DNA of 64,000 bases, taken from assembly GCA_024720975.1 (NCBI GenBank), contig JANJXX010000001.1, forward strand, positions 191,408 through 255,407. The letters are read 5' to 3'. Origin of the DNA: Thermoproteota archaeon. Lineage in GTDB: Archaea > Asgardarchaeota > Njordarchaeia > Njordarchaeales > Panguiarchaeaceae. The position numbers were made by a program, and so were the translations under genes. Positions 9,601 through 19,491 of the stretch are shown in pieces (positions within the stretch are counted from its first letter, which is position 1; each line of letters opens with the position of its first letter). The notes under the pieces are model-generated. The model did no database searches. It was not told where the DNA came from and worked only from the letters and a program-made list of their open reading frames with translations.

Positions 9601-10647
9601 TTACGACAGACACAGTCTAGTATAGCTAGATAAGATGCTTCCGTGGATTCTACCTCCTGTTATCTGCGCGTTGTTGCCTATAATGGAGTTTCGAATACTA
9701 CTACTATTGACTATAGAACCACTCATAATTAGCGAATTTCTAATCTCTGAGCCAGAGACTATTGTGTTCGCCCCAATAATTGCATATGGTCCCACAACAG
9801 ATTTAGAGTCCACCTTGGCATTTACCTCTATGTAGACGGGATTAATAATTTTGCCCTCTATTTGAGCGTCTGGGTTTACATAACTCTCAGAAAGTAACTT
9901 GTTAAGAGCTAAAAGGTAGCCTTCAAGTGAGCCAATGTCGAACCAATATCCATCGAATTTGTAAGCATACACATCATATCTTTTAGAAAGCCATTCAAAG
10001 AAATATCCAGGAGCATCTGGATTCCTACGCTCTTTCAAATACTTGCCGATTAGATGAGTCATGTCTTTAGGTAGTACGTATATGGCCGTTGCTGCCAATC
10101 TGGATTTTGGCTCCTTCGGTTTTTCAATGAAATCTATGATCTTATTATTTTCATCTAGGTGGACCTCTGCCAATCCCTTCATGGCTTCAAGTGAATTTAC
10201 CTCAAAAACTGCCACTACTGGATTTCGTACTCTTCTGTAGAATGCAAGAAATGACTCAAAATCTATGGATGCTATATTATCGCCTGCTACTATTAAAGTA
10301 TCTCTTGCCGGTGAGTTTCTAAGTATGCGTTTAAGGTCGTAGTGAATTCCACGAATTGCCCCAAACTTAGCGTCCTCTCGTATTGATGGTTCAATTATCA
10401 ATTGGTAGCGACTTTTGTCCTTCAGGCAATTACTGCTTGCGAACCAGTCTTTAAAGTATTTCTCAAATGCTCTGTTTGTCGAGATGTATATTTTTCCTAT
10501 GCACTGTAACCTGTCTATTTTCTCTAATGTAAACTCGATAATTCTCTTCTTTCCAAGGGGAAGTAAAGGCTTTGGAAAATCCCTCGTCACAGGCCATAGG
10601 CGCGTCGCAAATCCTCCGGCTAGTATAAGTGCATACATTTGAGGCAC
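9601..10647 (-). CDS. Sugar-1-phosphate nucleotidyltransferase (NDP-sugar synthase) with C-terminal left-handed beta-helix
   Basis: LAGGFATRLWP.T...PKPLL, IEKP, WFDIG, hexapeptide repeats. Confidence 0.92.
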   Translation of the reverse strand: MPQMYALILAGGFATRLWPVTRDFPKPLLPLGKKRIIEFTLEKIDRLQCIGKIYISTNRAFEKYFKDWFASSNCLKDKSRYQLIIEPSIREDAKFGAIRGIHYDLKRILRNSPARDTLIVAGDNIASIDFESFLAFYRRVRNPVVAVFEVNSLEAMKGLAEVHLDENNKIIDFIEKPKEPKSRLAATAIYVLPKDMTHLIGKYLKERRNPDAPGYFFEWLSKRYDVYAYKFDGYWFDIGSLEGYLLALNKLLSESYVNPDAQIEGKIINPVYIEVNAKVDSKSVVGPYAIIGANTIVSGSEIRNSLIMSGSIVNSSSIRNSIIGNNAQITGGRIHGSILSSYTRLCLS

Positions 10648-11787
10648 CTACAACTCACTTTTTATTGATGATATCTCTTCAATGTCAAATGTGCTTAGGT
10701 TTTTACTGTCTGCTAAAAAGACAGATAACACATCAGCAAATATTGTTGGTATCAGCAATGTTCTCCATGAAAACTTCTCGTCGTCAATCATGAAAATATA
10801 TGAGTCTATGTAAGCTAGCTTGTTTGTAACCACGTCAAGGTATCTTCTCATTAAGGGCTCCTCCGAATTTCTTCTCAGGATTATGTTGAATACTTTTTTT
10901 CTATCGAGCCCGCGAAGACCAACTATGAAATTATGCGCACCCTCGGGAATCTCAAAGTAAGTTGCAAAATGCTTGGCATTTTCGTTTAATTGGGCAATAA
11001 ATCTTCTAGCTACGGCAGCAAGTGTGCGCTCAGCGGCTATTATAACTATTTTGTCCCTAACTTTCATGACTAATTCATAAAGCTTTTGAAACGACTCCTT
11101 TGAGTTTAGTTTCGTGATATAGTCTCGAATTTTTGGATCCTTAAGTCCCTGAATCTCTTGTTCTAATCCGAGGATTCTAGCGAGTATAGAGAACGATATT
11201 GCTAGCCCGTATGGAAAGTGCGATCTAGACGTGTACCCGGCAGGTAGTTTAATGTGATAGACTCCTTTCTCTTTGGCCATACTTTCTAATTTTCCCCCTA
11301 GTGAAAGTGCTAATAGTACAGAGTTTTTATGCGGATTTTTTCTGCTCAAAATATTGAAAGCTTCTAGAGTCTCTAGAGTGTCTCCTGAGTAGCTATAGAA
11401 AATATAGACATCATACGGCATGCACAAAATTTGCTTAGACGGGATATCGCGGTAAACATTCATTATAACCTTGGGGCACAAGTTAGTGTAAAACAGATAA
11501 TTGGCTATATATTCCCCAATTAATGCTGATGCTCCCATGCCGAACCAAGCGACTTTAATGTACTCTTTATGCGCTATTCCCGCTTTTTCTGACAGATCGC
11601 AAACTTCTGGGTGTTTTTTCGAGGCGTCGATTCCCATATCTAGGAGATTACTAAACTCCAAAACTTGCCTCAACATTTCTATGTTGTCTCTTACTGCAAG
11701 TTGTTCATACAAGGGTCCACTATAGACTATAGCACACCACCGCGAAGATAAAAAGAATGAATTCTTCCCTGCCTTGTGATTGACCAC
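10648..11787 (-). CDS. Bifunctional phosphoglucose/phosphomannose isomerase-like SIS protein (true start probably downstream of the called one)
   Basis: GMGASA, SYSGDTLET, GGKL, QLNENAK, PEGAHN. Confidence 0.75.
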   Translation of the reverse strand: MVNHKAGKNSFFLSSRWCAIVYSGPLYEQLAVRDNIEMLRQVLEFSNLLDMGIDASKKHPEVCDLSEKAGIAHKEYIKVAWFGMGASALIGEYIANYLFYTNLCPKVIMNVYRDIPSKQILCMPYDVYIFYSYSGDTLETLEAFNILSRKNPHKNSVLLALSLGGKLESMAKEKGVYHIKLPAGYTSRSHFPYGLAISFSILARILGLEQEIQGLKDPKIRDYITKLNSKESFQKLYELVMKVRDKIVIIAAERTLAAVARRFIAQLNENAKHFATYFEIPEGAHNFIVGLRGLDRKKVFNIILRRNSEEPLMRRYLDVVTNKLAYIDSYIFMIDDEKFSWRTLLIPTIFADVLSVFLADSKNLSTFDIEEISSIKSEL

Positions 11788-11824
11788 GAGTGACTTATTA
11801 GTTAGTTATCAGAAATATGCGCAA

Positions 11825-12922
11825 TCATCTTCGCCTTAGGTATGCCTCCTTGAGGATGTTTAGCCAATTTTTAAGCAGCTCTCTAGCCGCCATGTCCTCC
11901 CTACATTTTTCGATGAATCTTGCTATAGTCCATTTAGGAAACAGTAACTTGTATGTAGGATCAAAGAGCATAACATAGTCTCCTCCGAATTCAACAATAA
12001 TGCCCTCGGCTCTTAATTTTTCAGCAATAGTTTGCTCATCCTGGGATAAACTATCTTTTTTTATTAGACCTTCATTTCTGAATCTCTGTATGAGATTGTA
12101 TACATCACTTCTACCAATGAGTTCCGGTATTTTTTCAGCCTCAGCTTCCCATGTGGATATATACTCTGAGACGCGCTGGGAGTATAGCTCTTTTAGTGCC
12201 GGAACTCTCATGATAATATCAAACTTTGTAGGTTTTCTTTTATAGAAAACTACGTCCGATATTAAATATACCCTCTCTACAAGAGCTTTTTCGTCGAATC
12301 TTATCTCTAATACTCCTAGCGCCGAGAGTGCATATGCATAACTGATTAGGAGGTCTCGTGTAGTTGGAAAAGATATTTTTTCTCGTGCCTTTCTAACGAG
12401 ATCATCTAGCGTAAGCACACCTTCATCTACCATTGTTGAAAGAATTACTCTGGCCTCCACATCCCTAAATATGTCTGCAATCCGCTGTTCTATTGGCATC
12501 TTTGTATATGCTAACATCTGTGTCCATATATCCTCCCATTCTTCTTCTGCAGTTGGAATTTCACCTCTCCTGAATAATCTTAAAGCGATTCTTACCAGAG
12601 CTCCACGGTAGGGCTCAGGTTCTTCTTTTTCTTCGAGGATTAGTCCTACAAGTTGTTTGAGCTCTAGTCCAGAGAAGTAGCATACAAAGTTGCGCCCCGC
12701 GTATTTTTCGGAAAAAATTGCATTTTCGGGATAACTAACAATGTAGAATCCTTCATGAGGTTCTTCTTCCTCCCTTAGTATCAGACCAAATATATCTACA
12801 ATAAGGTTCGGGTCAAGATTTTTTTGCGGGTATGAGGCTAGAAGTCTAGGCACTCCTCTGGCCACCCACTGACTGACGAAAATTGTCTCCGGCATTATAT
12901 TCACACCTTTAAGCACATACAA
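11825..12922 (-). CDS. Uncharacterised protein with putative longin/uDENN-like N-terminus and winged-helix region (Asgard-type family); likely start MPET at 12895
   Basis: N-terminal hhhhW...G.P.h...YP pattern (FVSQWVARGVPRLLASYP); central wHTH-like segment ARVILSTMVDEGVLTLDDL...ALSALGVLEI. Confidence 0.5.
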   Translation of the reverse strand: MYVLKGVNIMPETIFVSQWVARGVPRLLASYPQKNLDPNLIVDIFGLILREEEEPHEGFYIVSYPENAIFSEKYAGRNFVCYFSGLELKQLVGLILEEKEEPEPYRGALVRIALRLFRRGEIPTAEEEWEDIWTQMLAYTKMPIEQRIADIFRDVEARVILSTMVDEGVLTLDDLVRKAREKISFPTTRDLLISYAYALSALGVLEIRFDEKALVERVYLISDVVFYKRKPTKFDIIMRVPALKELYSQRVSEYISTWEAEAEKIPELIGRSDVYNLIQRFRNEGLIKKDSLSQDEQTIAEKLRAEGIIVEFGGDYVMLFDPTYKLLFPKWTIARFIEKCREDMAARELLKNWLNILKEAYLRRR

Positions 12923-13117
12923 AACGTAGAAAAATACTTAAAAATTGCTACCATCGCCTTTGCGTAAATTCAGACCGTCCGAGGCTTGTTTCATTCTTAT
13001 GGGACCAAATGGAAATTTTAATTAAATTACCGTAGGGGCATGCAACACAATCTTATTTATATGTCCTCCTTTCTTTACTTAAGAATTTGGTAAGTTGCTA
13101 ATCAAAAGGTCTGTTGC

Positions 13118-14401
13118 ATGAGACTAGTTGGTCTTAATTCTGATCGCGCTTGCATTGCTGACATTGAAAATGACAATATTGAAGAGCTTGTGTATACAAA
13201 ACTTTCGGATATAATTATCTTAGACACTATTAGCAACAAAATCAAGCGCCAGATACATATAAAACCCCGAGCCATGAAGCAGAGGGCGGAATTCGATCAA
13301 GAAATCTACAGAGATATATCTACCGAAGATCACATAGACTTGCAAAGAACACCAAGCATTGCTGGAGAAGTTATATTAAAAATGCATGTGGAGGATGTTA
13401 ACGGCGATGGAAAACCTGAGATCGTGATACTTAGGGTGGATGGGATTATTGCATGCTATGATGTTGATGGACACGAAAAATGGTCCTTCTTTCTTGATCC
13501 ACACATTGTAGACTTGGCAACTACTGATAGAGGCGAACTTAGAGTAGTAGTGATTTCTGGATACGGATTTTTGTATGCAATTTCCATCGATGGTAAACTT
13601 TATAAGGTTGATCTAAAGGACTTCTCTGGCTCCCCCTTGGCATTAACTAGTGTAGATTCAAATGCAGGTTTATACGCAATACTTTCTCGGGAGGGAACTA
13701 TTCATTTAGTTAGGATAGAGCTTGCAAAGGAGGTCTTTAAGAAAGTTATTAAAGTGTCTTATATCGCAAATCTAGATTTACCCAAGCATGCAGAATCCAC
13801 ATCACTACATGCCATGAGTCTTAGTGGAGGCTCTACAAAAGAGGCACTTATTGCTGGATTGTCCGATGGAACAGTCCTAGTTATAGATCTCAAAAGTATG
13901 GAGATTAGAGCAAGAATAAAACTACCAGATAGAATAAGCCGCATATTCGAATTACCAGGAGCTGCAGATAACATTGGTATCGCTCTCGATTGGCTTGGCA
14001 ATTTAGCGATTATAAGAGACTACGATAAGATTGAAATGTATGAGGCACCAACAAGGAGAAGACTTGTTGACCTCGATTGCGACGGCACCGAGGAGGAGGT
14101 ATCAGTCTCTACGAAGAGTCTACGCATAAAAAAGCGTGGAGAATTGATAAATGAAATCGAGGGATATAGCTATATTTCATCCTATGCTGTCGATGATGTC
14201 AATCTGGACGGAAAGAGAGAGATAATTGTTGCTTGGAACTCCAAATCTGTAACAATATATGATTATTCAGGCCGTGTTCTAGATTCAACGAAAACTCTAG
14301 CAATTCCTAGGGCTCTCATGATCCTTGATATTAATAAAGATAACAAAAAGGAAATAATTGTTTGCAGCAACGACTCAATCGAAGTTTTTCTTATTGATTA
14401 G
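13118..14401 (+). CDS. FG-GAP/VCBS-repeat beta-propeller protein, no signal peptide
   Basis: Four DxxxDG-type loops: DVNGDGKPEI, DLDCDGTEE, DVNLDGKREI, DINKDNKKEI; WD-like blade LIAGLSDGTVLVID. Confidence 0.7.
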   Translation: MRLVGLNSDRACIADIENDNIEELVYTKLSDIIILDTISNKIKRQIHIKPRAMKQRAEFDQEIYRDISTEDHIDLQRTPSIAGEVILKMHVEDVNGDGKPEIVILRVDGIIACYDVDGHEKWSFFLDPHIVDLATTDRGELRVVVISGYGFLYAISIDGKLYKVDLKDFSGSPLALTSVDSNAGLYAILSREGTIHLVRIELAKEVFKKVIKVSYIANLDLPKHAESTSLHAMSLSGGSTKEALIAGLSDGTVLVIDLKSMEIRARIKLPDRISRIFELPGAADNIGIALDWLGNLAIIRDYDKIEMYEAPTRRRLVDLDCDGTEEEVSVSTKSLRIKKRGELINEIEGYSYISSYAVDDVNLDGKREIIVAWNSKSVTIYDYSGRVLDSTKTLAIPRALMILDINKDNKKEIIVCSNDSIEVFLID

Positions 14402-14422
14402 CTACCTCTAGTTCTTAATCAA

Positions 14423-17400
14423 TCAGACACCATCCCTAATGGCGCCCTCTTTTGCCAGGGATTCTAATAATTTTTCTGCTGATATAATCTGTCTTTCCCT
14501 GACTTTGTTAATAACCCTCTTAATGATAAAGGCTGCGCACGTGATAGCAATGATGCTTATTATCGCGTAAATAATGTGTCCTCCTAAAGAGCCTAAACTG
14601 GCACCACTAGACAGAGCCTGCATACTTCCACTCTGCTCGGATATTAGCAGAAGATAACTTGGACGTGTCTTGTTAGAATCAACTAATAAAGCTGTTGTAT
14701 TTAACAAGATGTTGTTATCTACGAAGACTCGAATGTCATAGCGCATATTTGTCTTTAACAATACTGTGATATAAGATTTCCTTTGAATCGAAGTAACTAA
14801 AGATGTTGACTCATTCGAGTATATCTCAACCAAGACCTCCTTCTCTAAATCATTTAGGATATTTATGGATCCCAACTTTACTAGGAGTCTAGTACTGCTC
14901 TCTATGAAAGCCACATTGCCTTCCAGTAAATTGCCCATCATATCCCAAACACTAATGAAAACTGTTGCTCCTGAAAGCGTCCAAAACTCAATAAGGCTTC
15001 TTTCCGTTGATACAGTGTTGTTTATCTTCACTTTGACAAGTCCATTATTAAGAGAGTTCGACGAGTAGTAATCAATAATCTCAATGACCCTCTTACTAAT
15101 TAGCGCTCTGTAAGCTGCCAAGACGGCGCCTTTATCCCGGAGACTTTCAAATCTCTGTCCATTTAGTAAGCAGTCTCTCACGGAAAGCAGCATCTTTTGT
15201 TTAAAATCGATATTTTTCCCGCATATCAGTAGTGTACCACTGAGCGCATTAAAGCTTATGGTCGCTCCACTGATGTCAGGCCTTGAAATTGTGACTAAGT
15301 AAGCACTTAGATCTATAAATAGATGCTCTAGTTCTAACTTTGTTGGATGAACTATTTTCAAAGCTGCATCTAAACTCCTGTTATTTATAGTAGCCTCGAA
15401 ATATAACCCGCTAAGAATTGTCACATTATGTAAGGCTGGTTTGAGACCTCCTATAATATGCATTAAATCAAAGCATACCGTTAAAAACTTCAGGTAACTA
15501 TTCACGCAGCCCCAAGAGCTCGTTAAGCATATCTCACCCGTCGCGAAGTTTATGACTATATTTAATAAGTTGCTAGCATACTTGATAGCAACAATTTTTC
15601 GGGAATGGTCAAATATAACTTCGTGTAGGAATTTATACATACAGCCAGTAAGAAAATCGAGTACGCGTATCGAATGCCTGAATATTTGGGACGCTTCCAT
15701 GAGTGCATTAACTATAGCCATTTGAGACTGATTTAGCTTAATGTAGTTTGGGCCGGAATCGTCTACATAGCTCAACCATCCCTCAGAAAAATTTATGCGG
15801 ACTAAAGTCACTGTTCCATAAAGCTTTACGTCCCCTACTAACTTAGTCACAAGTTCATCTAATTTGCTGAATTCGTATGCTAAGTAGTCACTTAGAGCTC
15901 TGTTACAGAGAGCGATTAAAGTTTCTGAGAATTGTATGGTGACCTTTGCTATGTCAGAGTAATTACAGGCACACAACATGATGACGCTCCTGTTCGGAAG
16001 ACCTGGATTGTCTAGTTCTCTATTCTCGACTAAACCAACAAATTTGATGCTGTCACACGACATGACACTTTCCAGGAAAGTCTCTAACGAGGTAACATCT
16101 ATCATAAACACTCCTGGCTCTAAGAAGTCAAGGATCATTATACTGAAGTTTCTTGAATCTGCTTCTAGGCAGCTTACAAGATAGGAGCCAGGCGATAATA
16201 CCAGGATCTTATTTCCAATTGTTTCTGATTCAAGCTTAAGACTTCTGTTCGGTGTTGATATGTAGAGCTCTTTCTTCGTGTTCCTACTATTCAGTAGTTT
16301 TATCACAGGTGTGCCTATATCGATAGTTACGTTAAAGCTACTCAGATTATTTAGGTCATTTTTAAGATAGAATGCTTCACTACCAAACTCATCAAAAATT
16401 CTGATCTCTACTATCGAATTTGGAGAAACAGTTATTTTTGACTCATTGAGTTTTCGCCAGGGAGTATCTATTAACTGGTATGTTATATTACATATCAGTG
16501 TACTTTCACTGATCTCAAGCGGGAAAATTTGTTGATCAATACTTTGGCTCCAGGACGCTACTGATATCTCGATGCCTGTTATGTTGCCAGCTGCTAGAGC
16601 CATATGCCAGCCAGATTTCATGAGATCAAAATCCACATCGACACTTGCTGTTAAACGCAAATTATCACTGCAAAAGAATGTATCAACATAAAGCTTAGCT
16701 AAGAGAGGCACAGCCTTAAAGGCTAGTATGTGATCAAGAGGATATCTAACATTTTCGTCGTAGTTCACATAGAGTAGTTTATCTGACCCATATCTCCTCT
16801 GTACGATCCTGATTTCAACCATACCTGACTGAATATCTTTCCTTAGAGTTAACTTTACGAAGTTTCCGCCATCTACATAAATAGGGTAGTACTCTACGAA
16901 CCAATATTCATTGAAGACCAGATACGAAGAAACACGGAAAACTCCTTCTGTAGTGCCACTGATACAGCCCAAGAAGATTGCCTTGGAGTATACAGGACTT
17001 ACTGAGTCCTGAAGAAATACTGCAGCAGTTCCCGAGTACTCATAGAATCTTGTAGATACGGATCCTTCAATTGCCATCCACAAGGATGAGCTTGCTATAT
17101 CTCTTAGTGAGTACCCAAAGCTACTTGCTGATAAGTTCTCGTGGGAGTTTATTGGCGCTCCTCCATAGCGAATCAATACAGGTTGCTTAGAAAAAGCCTG
17201 CATATGTGGGATTTTTAGGTAAAACGTTGCATCTCTTCCATCCCAACTTCGAAGATAGCTGCTAAGTTTTACTATTTGCGTTCCATTAATTATATAAAAG
17301 CACACGTCACCTAGGGTTTTATCAACTGAGAGCATGTTTATCCAACTGTTATTCACAACTACTTTAACGGGAGCACTAAATAGATCGTAAGGGTTAGGAT

Positions 17401-18427
17401 TGTGTAATGTAATCCAACACTCGTACAAAGGTGCTTCCGTGTTCACGTTAACAGGTTTTCGATAAGTTAACCTGTAGGAGGCGTTAACATCCTTAATATC
17501 GATCTTATTTGCCCCTGAGAATAGATTCAATGTGAGCTCCAAGTTATTTTCAACGCAGTTCCAAACATCATACCCGGTGAAGTATACCTCTAATGCGCCC
17601 TCACCTAATACATGCATCGAATGCTCTGAGAAATTCCAAGTTGTCGGTGGACCATAAACCCCCTCTAACTTCATAAACTTCGTCAAGTTTTCCATAACTA
17701 CTTTAGTTGCTGACCAGATATGGTCTATTGCTAGCTTATAACGAAGTTTATCCGGTGTCTCCAGACGATAATAAAGGGGTAAACTCAGGGAATGCGTTAT
17801 CCCAACTAAGTGATATAAGCTCACACTGAAGTACTCCGAGGATCTGAATTCTATCTTCATATTCAACTTTGTGACTCTATCTGTGAAATTGAAGACAGAC
17901 CCATTGAAGTAGCCGCTGAAGGTTATGTTTATTACATCAATGTATATTCCATAACTTGAATTGTACACTTTAACACTCAGATATGAACAATTACCTGAGC
18001 AACAGAGTACTATTTGCCCTTTGTAAATCAAGAGGAAATCAACTACTATCTCTACTAGATAATTTCCAGAGCGATTTTCTGAGGCAAATAAAATTGTTTT
18101 ATTGTCAAATCTATGGGCGCTCAGTATGTCACCGCCTAGTATACGCCCAGTTTTTACCGTCAAATTCTTTGGACACAACTCATAATGCAAGGCAAGCCAT
18201 CTATCTTTTGATCCAACCTCTTTGTGTAGGGAACAGTGTACATCTGAGGTTGATTTGGAGTAAAATCCTGTTGCCGAATTTCCTTGTATCAAAGACTTTT
18301 CAATCAAATTTTCTTGGCCTTTTGAATCTTTCTCTATATCACCTAAAGAGCACTTACACTTGCAAAACGCACTTAAGAGCAGCAATTGAATTAATAAGGT
18401 AAACAGAAAAACCTTTCGAAAATACAT
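14423..18427 (-). CDS. Large secreted, C-terminally membrane-anchored surface protein with DUF2341-like domain
   Basis: Hydrophobic N-terminal signal, many NxS/T sequons, segment ITLHNPN...GDVCFY...LSSYLRSWD...FYLKIP...IRYG, C-terminal TM (IIYAIISIIAITCAAFII) followed by basic residues. Confidence 0.65.
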   Translation of the reverse strand: MYFRKVFLFTLLIQLLLLSAFCKCKCSLGDIEKDSKGQENLIEKSLIQGNSATGFYSKSTSDVHCSLHKEVGSKDRWLALHYELCPKNLTVKTGRILGGDILSAHRFDNKTILFASENRSGNYLVEIVVDFLLIYKGQIVLCCSGNCSYLSVKVYNSSYGIYIDVINITFSGYFNGSVFNFTDRVTKLNMKIEFRSSEYFSVSLYHLVGITHSLSLPLYYRLETPDKLRYKLAIDHIWSATKVVMENLTKFMKLEGVYGPPTTWNFSEHSMHVLGEGALEVYFTGYDVWNCVENNLELTLNLFSGANKIDIKDVNASYRLTYRKPVNVNTEAPLYECWITLHNPNPYDLFSAPVKVVVNNSWINMLSVDKTLGDVCFYIINGTQIVKLSSYLRSWDGRDATFYLKIPHMQAFSKQPVLIRYGGAPINSHENLSASSFGYSLRDIASSSLWMAIEGSVSTRFYEYSGTAAVFLQDSVSPVYSKAIFLGCISGTTEGVFRVSSYLVFNEYWFVEYYPIYVDGGNFVKLTLRKDIQSGMVEIRIVQRRYGSDKLLYVNYDENVRYPLDHILAFKAVPLLAKLYVDTFFCSDNLRLTASVDVDFDLMKSGWHMALAAGNITGIEISVASWSQSIDQQIFPLEISESTLICNITYQLIDTPWRKLNESKITVSPNSIVEIRIFDEFGSEAFYLKNDLNNLSSFNVTIDIGTPVIKLLNSRNTKKELYISTPNRSLKLESETIGNKILVLSPGSYLVSCLEADSRNFSIMILDFLEPGVFMIDVTSLETFLESVMSCDSIKFVGLVENRELDNPGLPNRSVIMLCACNYSDIAKVTIQFSETLIALCNRALSDYLAYEFSKLDELVTKLVGDVKLYGTVTLVRINFSEGWLSYVDDSGPNYIKLNQSQMAIVNALMEASQIFRHSIRVLDFLTGCMYKFLHEVIFDHSRKIVAIKYASNLLNIVINFATGEICLTSSWGCVNSYLKFLTVCFDLMHIIGGLKPALHNVTILSGLYFEATINNRSLDAALKIVHPTKLELEHLFIDLSAYLVTISRPDISGATISFNALSGTLLICGKNIDFKQKMLLSVRDCLLNGQRFESLRDKGAVLAAYRALISKRVIEIIDYYSSNSLNNGLVKVKINNTVSTERSLIEFWTLSGATVFISVWDMMGNLLEGNVAFIESSTRLLVKLGSINILNDLEKEVLVEIYSNESTSLVTSIQRKSYITVLLKTNMRYDIRVFVDNNILLNTTALLVDSNKTRPSYLLLISEQSGSMQALSSGASLGSLGGHIIYAIISIIAITCAAFIIKRVINKVRERQIISAEKLLESLAKEGAIRDGV

Positions 18428-18586
18428 AAGTTTACCCCTCTGATGATCAACTAGAAAGTTTCAGCAGAAGGTTTAAGAGCCAGGGTTTCGGTCAGTTCAG
18501 CAAGATCCACTGACTCAATAAACTTCATGGCAATGAGTTCTCAATTTTATTTAGTCTTTTTCCTAAGCGATTTATGGTGGTATAGT

Positions 18587-19210
18587 ATGATATATAACAT
18601 AGTGATAAGCGGCGTTGGCGGATTAGGAATACTCACTTTAGGAAGAATTCTATGCCAAGCAGCACTGCTTAGTAATAAAAATGCATACATGAGTGAAATC
18701 CATGGTCTATCTCAAAGGTATGGAAGTGTAGTTGTAGATGTTCGCATAAGCGATAGCAAGTTACTAGCGCCGGTAGTTTCACCAGGCGAAGCTCACCTCT
18801 TAATAGGATTAGAACCGATTGAATGCCTACGCGTGATAAATTTCTCTGGTCCGAATACTGACATCATACTCAACACGAGCGCTATACCCCCGCCTACAGT
18901 AACGTTAGGCGTCGCAAAATACCCGCCATTGGGAGAGATAATAGAAACCCTGAGAAAAGTCTCAAAGCGAATTTTAGCCTGCGATATATTAGAAGAAGCC
19001 AGGAAGCTTGGCGATCCAAGACTGCAGAACACCATAATCCTAGGAATTGCTGCCAACATACCGGAGATACCAATTACCTCCAACTCACTTGAAGAAGCAA
19101 TCAAGCTTGCCTTCTCACGTGATAAAAGAGTACAAGAGCTTAATCTGAAGGCGTTTCAGAGGGGACTCGAGATAGGAAAGTTGCTTCTTGACGGCGTGAA
19201 GAGTTGCTGA
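18587..19210 (+). CDS. iorB: Indolepyruvate:ferredoxin oxidoreductase beta subunit
   Basis: YNIVISGVGGLG, SEIHGLSQRYGSV, LEPIE.LR, NLKAF..G; start moved to ATG 18587. Confidence 0.9.
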   Translation: MIYNIVISGVGGLGILTLGRILCQAALLSNKNAYMSEIHGLSQRYGSVVVDVRISDSKLLAPVVSPGEAHLLIGLEPIECLRVINFSGPNTDIILNTSAIPPPTVTLGVAKYPPLGEIIETLRKVSKRILACDILEEARKLGDPRLQNTIILGIAANIPEIPITSNSLEEAIKLAFSRDKRVQELNLKAFQRGLEIGKLLLDGVKSC

Positions 19211-19491
19211 ACACCGATAAAATTTTGAAGAAGTTGAGGACTGCTAGAAAAGCGTCCCTACGCAAACTTCTAAAAGATAAAATGGAAATCAACTCCCCAA
19301 AAGGATCCTTTTCTAGTAGAAGTTGTAACACATTCATGCCATTAACACTTACAATAACCGCGCTTTTACTAGATGAAATTTCAATAAGCTCTGATTTGAG
19401 TAAATATTTGAGATAGTTTTCAATGACCACCAATAACTCCCGAAAATTCCAGATATTCATACGGAGCCTCGCTATGAGAATCCACTCACTT

